A stretch of 64,000 nt of DNA from Octopus vulgaris. Lineage: Eukaryota. Position 1 is the first letter of the stretch; every line of letters starts with the position of its first letter. Position numbers and translations under genes: made by a program. Positions 54,040 to 64,000 of the stretch are shown here, one piece after another. The notes below the pieces were generated by a model. That model searched no databases. It was given only the letters and a program-made list of their open reading frames with translations, and had not been told where the DNA came from. The stretch is taken from contig OX597817.1 of the NCBI GenBank assembly GCA_951406725.2, positions 87,296,001 through 87,360,000 on the forward strand, given 5' to 3'.

Positions 54040-54387
54040 GTATCTTAGTGGTTGATGATATGTACATCTCTGATCTCGAACAGGTGTAGTTGGGGAGCAT
54101 CATGACCATGTGTTAGGAGGAATTTTTTGCGGTTACATAACTCTTATTCAAGGATCTTTTGTGCGATATAGGCTACTCAACCAGAAGAAAATTCTAACTA
54201 GTCCCCACCTGCTAGCTCATGCGTTGTTTATCTTGATAAGAGGTCACTATGTCGTGCACATATGGTTGTAATACATGTGCCTGGTGTGCCCTTATCAGAC
54301 GGGTAGTCATGATGAGTATATTGGACTTTGTACATTTGTACCCTAGCGTCACTTTGATAGCATGCTCTGCTCTCTCACTCAATAATG
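54040..54387 (+). mobile_element. Non-coding interspersed repeat ending ctctctcactc-aataat
   Basis: Recalled as an abundant octopus repeat; only one copy in this window; 3' end abuts AAT. Confidence 0.45.
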
Positions 54388-54553
54388 GTGCTTAGGTGTT
54401 GAGTATCTTCCACGGTAAGTTAACATCCATGTACCAAAGCTTATAATTTGCAGAAAGAGGTCCTATGAGATCTCTGACGAAAGGTTGCTGTCCGCTTCAC
54501 ATAATTAACCACAGCAAGTAAGCTCTGAGAAGTAAGATTATGATAATCATATT

Positions 54554-54575
54554 ACTGCTGCTGCTGCTGCTGCTA

Positions 54576-54636
<61 letters not shown>

Positions 54637-54639
54637 CAC

Positions 54640-54706
<67 letters not shown>

Positions 54707-54731
54707 GATAATAATAATAATAATAATAATA
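54554..54731. repeat. (CTG)(CTA)(AAT) compound microsatellite
   Basis: Direct inspection. Confidence 0.95.
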
Positions 54732-54938
54732 TTCAGACAAATACATAACAAAAACACCAGGACTTACAAACACATATAACATACAGAAAGTTGCACTACT
54801 AGGCACTGCACACATCCTACGCAGAACACTTTCCATACAATAACCATCAGAGCATCACAACAAATCACAGCACATACCCAAGGCACACAGAGCTGCGCTC
54901 GGTAGTGAAGTGAAAGCACGCTATAAAAATAAAACTAC

Positions 54939-54939
<1 letters not shown>
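54732..54939 (+). mobile_element. R4/Dong-like 3' terminal fragment plus 3' UTR, between (AAT)n tracts
   Basis: SDKYITKTPGLTNTYNIQKVALLGTAHILRRTLSIQ*. Confidence 0.85.
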
Positions 54940-55020
<81 letters not shown>

Positions 55021-55040
55021 TAATAATAATAATAATAATA
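54940..55040. repeat. (AAT)n microsatellite
   Basis: Direct inspection. Confidence 0.97.
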
Positions 55041-57660
55041 GGGAAGGAGAAAGTAACCGTTAAAGACCCCCATGGAAGAAGTTCAAAACTTTTGGAAAAG
55101 GATTTGGAGTGACAAGAAGACGTACAACATAAATGCAGACTGGATTATACAAACTGAAGGATCCTACCAAAATTTACAACAACAAGCATGGGAAGACATC
55201 ACAATAGCAGACCTAAGAAATGCACTCACGAAGGCCCATAATCGGAAATCCCCCGGTAAAGATAGGGTGCCGAATTTCTGGCTCGCATCGCTCCCATGCG
55301 CACACGGTAAGCTAGTTCAGCTGTTCAATGGAATTATGAGAGACCCAAAGAAAACACCTGAATGGTTAGCAAGTGGCATTACTTACCTACTCCCAAAGAA
55401 TAACGAAACCAACCTTCCAAAAAACTATCGGCCTATAACCTGTCTATCCACCACGTATAAAATCCTAACATCTATCCTGGCGCAGAAAACATATGCATTC
55501 ATGGAGAAGAACGATATTTTCCCCATTGAACAAAAAGGGTGCCGCCGAGGCTCTTACGGATGCAAAGATCAACTGCTAATCAATCGTATGATCCTTGAGA
55601 ACTGTCACAACAAGCGCAGAAATCTCAGCACCGCATGGATTGACTATAAAAAGGCCTTCGACAGTATACCGCATCCATGGATCTTGAGATCGCTGGACAT
55701 CTTCAAAATTTCCCCTGTGATTTCAAACTTCCTGAAGCACAATATGTCGTTGTGGAATACGAATCTCCAATTATACCACTCTAATGGAGTACTTGCCTCA
55801 GAAAATATAAACATCAACTGTGGAATTTTTCAAGGTGACTCACTTTCACCTTTAATATTCTGCATAGCCCTAATACCCCTTACAAGTGAATTAAACAGAA
55901 CAGGGTATGGGTATAAAATTGCCAATAAAAAAATAAGCCATCTATTTTATATGGATGACTTAAAACTTTATGGTAAGGACAATAATGAACTTGAAGGCCT
56001 ATTGCGCACCGTGAAAGCATTCAGCGATGACATCGGGATGGAGTTTGGACTTGAGAAGTGTGCCAAGGCCACTTTCCAGAAAGGGAAAGTGAAGACCACA
56101 AATTCAGTCGTGTTAGATGTTGACACAGTCATAAGAGAGCTTGAGCAAGAACAAACATACAAATATTTAGGGATAAATGAAGGCTCTGGTATTCAGCATG
56201 CAAGCATGAAAGAGAAGATCAGGAAGGAATGTTACAGGAGAGTTCGTGCAGTCCTGAAATCTGAACTAAATGCACGTAACAAGGTGTTAGCTATAAATTC
56301 CTTAGCAGTTCCAGTTGTTACTTATAGCTACAATGTGTTGAACTGGAATATGAGTGAAGTAAAGAATATAGATAGGAAAATACGCAAGCTGCTGAGTTGT
56401 AATAGGATGCACCACCCAAAGGCAGACGTAGATCGCCTTTACCTTCCCAGAGCCCAAGGAGGTCGAGACCTGATCCAATTTGAACTAGCTTACAAAACAA
56501 CCACAATTGGACTGGCCAAATATCTCGAAATATCGAATGACTTGATGCTAAAGCTCGTGGAAAATCACGAGAGACGAAAGAAGCTTCATTCTATTATAAA
56601 GGAAAGCAAAAAATTTGCTATTGATCTCGTGCAGGATACCCAAACTGAACAACCCGAGGGAAGTACGGCAACTATTGTTGCAAAGAAGGTGAAAATGATG
56701 GCAACGAAAAAAGCGCATGAGCAATTGGCTGATAGGTGGGAGGAGAAACCTCTGCACGGCAAATATGTGACTCGCAGCAAACAAGCTGATGTTGACCAGA
56801 AGCAAACCCATCAGTGGCTACGGAGCTCAGGGCTAAAAGCAGAGAGCGAAGGTTTCATCCTGGCTGCTCAAGATCAAAGCCTATTAACCCGGAACTACCA
56901 GGCCAATGTGATGAAAAATGGAGCAGACCCAAAATGCCGATTCTGCAACGACATGATTGAAACAGTGGACCACCTAATCTCTGGATGTAAAGTCTTAGCA
57001 CCAGTGGAGTATAAATTAAGACATGACAGAGTTGGCCAATATCTCCACTGGCTAATAAGTCGGCATTACAATATCAAAACTGCCGAGAAGTGGTATAATC
57101 ACCACCCTGAGGCTGTAACTGAAGGAGAAAATGTAACCATTCTGTGGGACTATCCAGTACATACAGACCGAACCATCAAGGCCAATAAACCAGATATTGT
57201 TGTGAAAGACCAAAACAATAAAGTTTGCTTATTGATCGACATGAGCATCCCCTGTGATCATAATATCTCAGCGAAAGAGTTTGACAAGCTCAGAAAATAT
57301 AAAGACCTACTCATTGAAATTGAGAAAATGTGGCATCTCAAGGCGGTTACAATACCAGTGATCGTAGGAGCACTAGGAATGATCAAGAAGGGAACCGAAA
57401 ATTATATGAGAATGATCCCTGGCTTACCATCCCTGCAAAAAGTGCAAAAGATTGTCTTAACTGGTACATCGCAAGTATTGAGAAGAGCATTGTCGATGTG
57501 AGAACTGTTGCTGCTCATGTATTTTAATTTAACTTAAAAAAAAACGAACTATTGAGTTTGGTTTAATGGCCTACCAATGTATACTATGAGTTTCTTTGCC
57601 CTAGGAGTCGGGAAGACACTCGGCAAGAAATGGAAGCAAATTTGAAAGAAGAAAAAAAAA
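55041..57660 (+). mobile_element. Young 5'-truncated R4/Dong-like non-LTR retrotransposon inserted in (AAT)n
   Basis: Open ORF, about 160-bp 3' UTR with an A-rich end, AAT repeats on both sides (54940-55040 and 57662-57696); Dong elements are known to target TAA repeats. Confidence 0.92.
55072..57501 (+). CDS. Reverse transcriptase + CCHC zinc finger + restriction-like (PD-D) endonuclease, N-terminally truncated
   Basis: 809 aa with no stops: KSPGKD, NYRPITCL, EQKG, WIDYKKAFDS, GIFQGDSLSPL, YMDD, YKYLG, CRFC..HLISGC, RHD, KPDIV..LLIDMSIP. Confidence 0.95.
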   Translation: MEEVQNFWKRIWSDKKTYNINADWIIQTEGSYQNLQQQAWEDITIADLRNALTKAHNRKSPGKDRVPNFWLASLPCAHGKLVQLFNGIMRDPKKTPEWLASGITYLLPKNNETNLPKNYRPITCLSTTYKILTSILAQKTYAFMEKNDIFPIEQKGCRRGSYGCKDQLLINRMILENCHNKRRNLSTAWIDYKKAFDSIPHPWILRSLDIFKISPVISNFLKHNMSLWNTNLQLYHSNGVLASENININCGIFQGDSLSPLIFCIALIPLTSELNRTGYGYKIANKKISHLFYMDDLKLYGKDNNELEGLLRTVKAFSDDIGMEFGLEKCAKATFQKGKVKTTNSVVLDVDTVIRELEQEQTYKYLGINEGSGIQHASMKEKIRKECYRRVRAVLKSELNARNKVLAINSLAVPVVTYSYNVLNWNMSEVKNIDRKIRKLLSCNRMHHPKADVDRLYLPRAQGGRDLIQFELAYKTTTIGLAKYLEISNDLMLKLVENHERRKKLHSIIKESKKFAIDLVQDTQTEQPEGSTATIVAKKVKMMATKKAHEQLADRWEEKPLHGKYVTRSKQADVDQKQTHQWLRSSGLKAESEGFILAAQDQSLLTRNYQANVMKNGADPKCRFCNDMIETVDHLISGCKVLAPVEYKLRHDRVGQYLHWLISRHYNIKTAEKWYNHHPEAVTEGENVTILWDYPVHTDRTIKANKPDIVVKDQNNKVCLLIDMSIPCDHNISAKEFDKLRKYKDLLIEIEKMWHLKAVTIPVIVGALGMIKKGTENYMRMIPGLPSLQKVQKIVLTGTSQVLRRALSM

Positions 57661-57696
57661 GTAATAATAATACTAATAATAATAGTAATGATAATG

Positions 57697-58520
57697 ACCA
57701 AGCTTTGTCAGCGAAACACCGACCTTTGGCAGCGCATGACCAAACTTTGGGGAACACTAAAAAAAAGAAACCGAGAGTACTATACTGGCAGCGCAAGACC
57801 AAACCTTGGCCACGAACCCTCGGAATGAGCAAGTATCTACGCTGTGCCGCATCTGCAATAAAGTGGATGAAACCATTGCCCATATCACGAACGAATGCCC
57901 TAGACTTGCCCAAAACACTACAAGTTGTGGCAACACGATCAGGTAGCGAAAGTGCTACATTGGAAACTGTGGGGAGCTAGAGAGCTGCAAGACGTCGTAT
58001 GAGCACAAACCACGGAGAGTGACGGAGTCGGAGACTAGCAAAATCCTCTGGGATTTCTCAATACAAACAGATCACGTGCCAGAGCATAACAAACCGGACC
58101 TAGTGGTGGTGGACAAGATGCATCACATACGCTACATAGTTTATGTTGTTTCCCCTTTGACCCACGAATAGTCAAGAAGGAAGGTGAAAAGATAGGTAAA
58201 TATGATCTCCCTAAGTATGAAATAGCCCGGTTACGGGAAATGAAGGAGGTGAAGTTAGTGCCAATTATTGTTGGATCCTTGGAGACAGTATCAGATGGCA
58301 TCAAGGGGAATATAAACGAAATTGGAATAGAGTGCCAAGTAGAACTGGTACAAAAGGATTGCCTCCTTGGCACGGCCAGAATAATCAGGAAAGTATTAGA
58401 TAGCTGAAAAGAATGGGTAACATGGTGCCGTAGGTTGCAGGTAGCAAGCCTGCTACACATATAAAACTCCAGGAGTTCCAACAAAATCTGTGATGAAGAG
58501 AAATAGCAACAACAAAAACA
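57697..58520 (+). mobile_element. Older R4/Dong-like 3' fragment of a different family
   Basis: KETESTILAAQDQ, CRICNKVDETIAHITNECP, KILWDFSIQTD, HNKPDLVVVD, VQKDCLLGTARIIRKVLDS* ending about 58406; frameshifted. Confidence 0.88.
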
Positions 58521-59547
58521 ACAATAAAGAAAATAGATTTTAAAATGTTTTTCTTAATCTTAAGTCGGGATTATTTTTTACAGCATTTTAATACTAGTAA
58601 GAATATAATTAAATAACACTGTTGAGAAACAGATAAGCTCACAGCAAACTCAGTTTAGAAGCCGGTTTCGATAACCAATTCAAGTTAATTAACTTCATTT
58701 ATACGGCTAATGAATTTATGATACTGTTCCTAAATATTTTGCTGTAAAAGAACTGATTGACTAGATTACAAGAAGATTAGTTGATGAGCGTATTGCTGGC
58801 ACTGAAATACTATTAATGGCGTTAAAGTTTGGTAAATGGAAGACGTTTTATACATACTTGCTATCTTGCTTTTTATCAATTCCTGTTTTGCAGTACAAAC
58901 TAGTTTCGACAAGACTATTATCTTTTTCAATATCACGCCGCCACCACACCCAACCCTAAAACAATTTCACAAGTTATTCTATAAGTATATTTATCATCTA
59001 CTACAGTCTAAATCTATCAGCTAATGTGAAATTTGAACTGTGTAGTTGCAACATTCAAAATAAATGTTGCCACAGAAGCATTCCGATAATGCAATTGTTT
59101 AGAAACTATAATCAAATTCCTGCAAAACAGTACACATTACTAGAAGAATAATTCGGACATTTTCGCTTCCAGGATGCAACAGAGATTTTAAACATAGACA
59201 AGTAAACTTTGAATTATGTACAACCTGTCAGACTTACAACTTTATCGTTGTAAATCTGTTGGCGATGAGATTTCCTCTGCTTTCTTCCATCCATGTAATA
59301 TCTCAAATCCATTATAGATGTATTAGAATGATGAGATTAACAATCTGATCTCAATCTCCTTGTTCTCTTTAGAACAAAAACTATTACAGTTTCTTGTAAA
59401 ATACATGATTACATGTTGACGACAGAGGATATTCTTAACTTTGGCAATTGATAGAAGTTTGTAGAAAAAATAAGTAAGCCGAAGGTGAATCGAGTGAGCA
59501 ATGTGATTTCGTTTTCCATTTGAACCGGTTCCACTTTTACTATTTTA

Positions 59548-60061
59548 CAAGATGCAGTTCAGATTTGAGATTTCCTCAGGAGAGACATTTATTAATTTCA
59601 AAGAAGTATAAAACTCTAGTCTCCTTTAAAGTAAAATCCTCTGATTTCAATGAACTTGTAGCACTCTAGCAATTTTGTGAAAGCCCCTTGGAAGTCCTCC
59701 AAAGTAACGTCCTTAGGATCTTTATCACAGCCTCCTTCATCTTCTCAGTGTCCACAAAATGAGTGCACCCGAGGATCCCCTTCGGCTTGAGAAACAACCA
59801 AAAATCAGAAGGAGAGAGGGCTGGACTTTAGGGAAGGCGAGAGACAGTTTCGATTCCCATCTCTGTCAAGTAGTTGGTTACCAGGATGGAATGTGGACTG
59901 ATACCTTTTCCTGGTCCAGATGCCACTGACCAGAGTGGAAGAGCTCCAGTATTTTGTAAAGAAATCTTCCAGAACCCCCTCATACCTCCATAAAATACTC
60001 TTCGTGGACGGTCTGCGTAGAGGGTACCGAATCGATGTCGATGATGCTCTTGCTGTCTAAA
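59548..60061 (-). mobile_element. Decayed mariner 3' half (third family)
   Basis: DSKSII..QTV..YFMEV, WHLDQE, P*SPALSPSDFWLF, FQGAF, GFYFKGD*; TIR remnant near 59548. Confidence 0.85.
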
Positions 60062-60679
60062 AATGGGATCATGACCACAAGTTTTGATTAGCCGACTATA
60101 TTAATCAATGTCGTGCACCTATACAAGAAAAGAAAACGAGGAATTTCTGATAAAATACAGCTTTGGTATGGTGGTTGAGATGGTTGTTCAGAAAGACATT
60201 CATTCTGAGCCATTCTCATCCCGACGAGAATGGCTCAACCCGACATTGAACGTCGGGTTGAGGCGTCTTCAGCTATTTGCTTCGGTGTGCTATCAATAAG
60301 AAAATGATGCAGTGTCAGTCTCAGTATCTGAATCGGGAGACTGGTTTGTTTCTAAAGTTGTAATTACTGAGAAAGTGATAGAAGGGAAGATAGTGAAATG
60401 TTTCATTGACATGGTTTCGCATTAAGATGGAAGATGTTCTACTCGTGACCAATCCGACTTATAGTGTATGAGAAACTACCTTTTCTAAAATGTCATTTCT
60501 ATTTTAAGACAGTAAGGAGCAATTGAGAGGAAAGATCTGCCAGTCACGACCATCCCATCTTTTAGTATAGCATAGGCAACATTTCTGATTTGGCGGAATC
60601 TCAACACCCCCGTGAATGGACGGTTCTGAATTGTATAAGTACGCATGCGTGCTGGAGATACGAAAACAGTGTCGTATGC

Positions 60680-62102
60680 CTCATTTTTGAGTTGGACGAC
60701 GTTTTTAAGTTGAACTGTTTATTGTCAAATTTCTGTTAAATTACTGTTAAGCTATTTTTTCGTGTTTAACAACACATTGTTTTGCTGTCTTGCGGCAGTG
60801 TTCTTAACGTTTCCCCCCTTGTTTAAAGGGGAAAGCGCTGAATGATGGATTTACAAGAGCTTGAGCTCGGATGAGATGAGAACATCAGAAGAGGAACCGT
60901 TGAGAAGTATCGTCAATATCAACAGACAATTGAAAGAAAAGAAGAATTTTGCGGCTGTGCCCGGAAGTTTGAATGGCATGGGTGGCGAAAAAAGAGTTTT
61001 GCAGCAGTGACTGTTACGAAGAGAGACGAAGTGAAATTGGAAACATTAAAGCTCGAAGAATATGGAAGGATATTTCATAGGGAAGGCCACGTAGTTTGTG
61101 TAACCTCACCTTGTGATGTGGCTCAAGAGACAGCCAGAAAGACAGTCAAATTCAAAAGTTTCAACAAAGAAGAGAGAAGAATTAATGTTACAGATAAAGG
61201 GGAAATAGAGAAGTGTTTGGCTCCCGTTTAGGTGGACATAACATACCTAACCAGAGGAGCTAAATACGCAACGGTGGAAGTAAGATTTGCCACGAAGATG
61301 GCCATGTTATCTACAGTGAAAATAGTATACCTTCCGACTTAGCCTGGGGAGGCGCGTCTCCAGGGTGAGGGTGGAAGAAGTACCTCCGGAGGTGAATGCA
61401 GCGTGGCTAATTGCAGCTATAATACTGGGTCAAGAGGAAAAATTAACAGTCCTCCAGGCCTCGAAAACACCGGGAAGCAATTGGATAGGGTAGAGGTACT
61501 TCAAGTGGAGAAAGCTTGGATACATAAGAGCCAATTGCTCCCACCGCCTCCACACACCTGTAGAAGTAACCAAGGAAGCACTGACAGAGACTGTAACTCA
61601 TCCTATCGTGGCGTCCATTTGAGTGAGTGCAACGGGAAACCAGGAAATAAGGAAGAAGCAACTAGAGAGTGGACAGAGTATACGAGTGGACAAAATATGC
61701 GATATTGAGGAGGATTTTGAAGGAGAAGTAAAAGCAGTAGTCATAGGCGAAGTTAGCCTGAACGTTTTGAAAAGAAAGTATGGACCAGGTGTGGACAGGC
61801 AGTCGATTGAAATGGACTGCGCTGAAGGACAAAAGGTCGTGAGTATGCACGATTACGATTTTGCGATTAAAAAAATATATATGGCATGTTATAATTCGAG
61901 AGATACCCCAGGAACTTTTAAATGTATGTTAATGTTGTGGCATATATAAACTTTTGATAAATTTGGGGCTCGAGTGGCATTCATTCTAACCATCCATCCA
62001 ATCATTCATCGTCTTTTTTCATACCATGTTTCTCCCCCATTATGTGTTTATCTGTCCTTGTGCTGTCCCCTCTGTGTCGGGCCTTTATGGCTAAAATAAA
62101 CT
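60680..62102 (+). mobile_element. 1.4-kb non-autonomous non-LTR element (5' UTR, decayed ORF1, 3' tail; no RT seen) with a 17-bp TSD
   Basis: TSD aaaacagt(g/a)tcgtatgc at 60663-60679 and 62103-62119; ORF1-like ATVEVRF, LGRRVSRVRVEEVPPEV and a degenerate zinc knuckle FKWRKLGYIRANC. Confidence 0.7.
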
Positions 62103-62967
62103 AAAACAGTATCGTATGCGCAGCCATATATTAGACAGAGTCGTAGAAGCTATTAAGAAGAGATATCGTGGATTACGTGATGGTGATTTGACAGTTGGTG
62201 AATGAATACACTAGAAGGCCGTAACCACCATAAAATATAACAATTCCCAAAATGTCATTTCTGTTTTAAGATGGTAGGGTGCGATTGCGTGTATAGTTGG
62301 ATACAAACTGTAACCATGCAGGCGTTTAACATCCCTTTTATTCATACAATTTTCAATCAATTTAATAGCAAAATGGTGAGTGAATATATACTAACAATCT
62401 ATGTGATAATATTTTGAATTCTTAGACACAAGATGTTTCTGTATAATATTCTATATAGTGAGATTAATGTTGATTCCTTCTAATCTTAAGAAAAGTTATA
62501 TTTTGTTAAGGAATCTGAATATTTTGATTTTTTTTCTTGTTTCTGTGCATATATTTTAATATCTCGTTGTTCAAAGCACTCTTCGTTCGCTGTTGTGAAC
62601 ATAGAACACTAATTTAAACCATAAAATTTCACATTTGACATAACAACATTGAGCACTAATTCAACTCATAAACCCGTTTGACTGTTGTACCAAGTGCACT
62701 AATTGTCACAGGACAATTGTTACTTTTGTCTTCCGCAATCTCTTCATCTCTATGGCAACATTAGCAATAAGAGCAGCAATAACAGCTATAAAGAAGAAAT
62801 AACAAAATAAATATATATTACATGTGAAACAAACATCACCCGAAAGAAATGCAAAAGCCATTAAAAAATATAAGAATATTGTGCTCTCTGAAGTGATGCC
62901 GCCTCCTGTCGAGGAGATGAACAGTGCACAATTTTATACAAATCCACAAATGTATACACTTAGTGAA

Positions 62968-63105
62968 GGTACTGCGTGGCCTAATGGCTAAGGTTTTTGA
63001 CTTATGATAACAATGTAGGTTCCTGGACCGAGCAGTGCATTGTATCTTTGAGGAAGGCACAGTAGTTACATTACTCTAGGGTACTAACCTGAAAATGAGC
63101 ACATT
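62968..63105 (+). mobile_element. Degenerate SINE head, same family as 48260-48515
   Basis: gcgtggcctaatggctaagg...ttcctggaccgagcagtgcattgtatctttgag. Confidence 0.65.
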
Positions 63106-63679
63106 AAGTTGCTCTCCCCTGTCTGTCTATCTGTCTGTCTATCTCTGTCTGTTTCTCTTTCTTTCTTTCTTTCTTTCCTTCTATCAGTCACATCCTGAAT
63201 GTGTCAAGGGTGATGGAACCTCGAGAGGATTCCAATATCTGCTTGTGACTACATAGCTGTTAAAAACAATTAGCGAAAGCATTGTACATGCCGTCAAGTC
63301 ATAACCAAATGGCGACTAGCTGTACTTGTGCTATTATAATGCAGAGGGGCCCAAAACCATAGTTCCCAACTTCAGCGTAATTTTAATTCTTAAAAGTATG
63401 ACTCACAGTAGTTTACATATCACGAGAGAAACAAGGCAGGATGGCAACAAATATGTGCAATAGCGAGAAGCGAGCAATGGCGACAAGCATATGCATATGC
63501 CAAGGTTTCATTAAGATCCTGCTGGATATGGAACATTGCTTGACCAGCATTAGAGTTAACAATCTGTTGCCTCAATGTGACTCGACCAAAATATCTGCAA
63601 TGATGGAAGAATATGAGAAACATTACGATCCAAGTATACCATTCCAGTGGAATCAGACTAAGATGTCACTAGAGTTTTA

Positions 63680-63984
63680 AGTATTACAGCACCGTAGATT
63701 CGTCCTAAAATATCCGGTTGTTTATATTTCTAAGAGTGTGTATACGGGTGATCGACAAGAAGAGCATAGCCGAATGGTATACTCTGGTGAAGCAGACCAT
63801 CTCAGAGCGTTCTGCGCCTTGGTGAAGAAGACGAGAGTGCAGCATCATTATCCATCGCTGCTACCAATCAGCCGATTGCTACAATCACATTCGGCTATGC
63901 TCTTCTTGTCGATCACCCGTATACACACTCTTAGAAATATAAACAACCGGATATTTTAGGACGAATCTATGGTGCTGAAATACT
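63680..63984. repeat. 97-bp inverted repeat (63680-63776 and 63888-63984; 2 mismatches; 111-bp spacer)
   Basis: Direct comparison; the right arm is bracketed by the direct repeat ctacaatcaca. Confidence 0.97.
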
Positions 63985-64000
63985 ACAATCACAGGGGTAG

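Noticed and set aside
58836-59024. 62-aa ORF with a signal-peptide-like start (MEDVLYILAILLFINSCFA)
   Set aside because: Hydrophobic runs arise easily in T-rich DNA; no strong donor, homology or other support.
60487-62290. Similar 40-bp segments at about 60487 and 62249 that could be LTRs
   Set aside because: They lie outside the 17-bp TSDs, are short and diverged, and a related segment occurs near 19670, so a dispersed repeat is more likely.

Overview
AT-rich, microsatellite-saturated eukaryotic DNA with no host protein-coding gene I can recognise. The SINE families and repeat density best fit an octopod cephalopod (Octopus-like); this is inference from recalled repeat sequences, not a database result. 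Content is almost all mobile DNA. It includes a young 5'-truncated R4/Dong-like retrotransposon with an open 809-aa RT/CCHC/RLE ORF (55072-57501) sitting in (AAT)n, plus about 9 decayed relatives. There are also a CR1 RT fragment, RTE fragments, Penelope-like remnants (one with a degenerate hammerhead ribozyme), a full-length defective mariner nested in a LINE, two further mariner fragments, a hAT/Buster remnant and roughly 25 tRNA-derived SINE copies or fragments from at least 3 families. Most ORFs in the supplied track are microsatellite artefacts. Most notable observations: a same-orientation stack of different (AAT)n-associated elements at 54040-58520; a TSD-flanked ORF1-only element whose 3' end is shared with a SINE subfamily; and recurrent local inverted duplications/foldbacks, several with template-switch signatures. 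One candidate + strand host exon (44205-44409) and a minus-strand SINE bias suggest the window may be intronic. I see no solid evidence of a new multi-gene system. Boundaries of decayed elements are approximate and identities were judged by eye.
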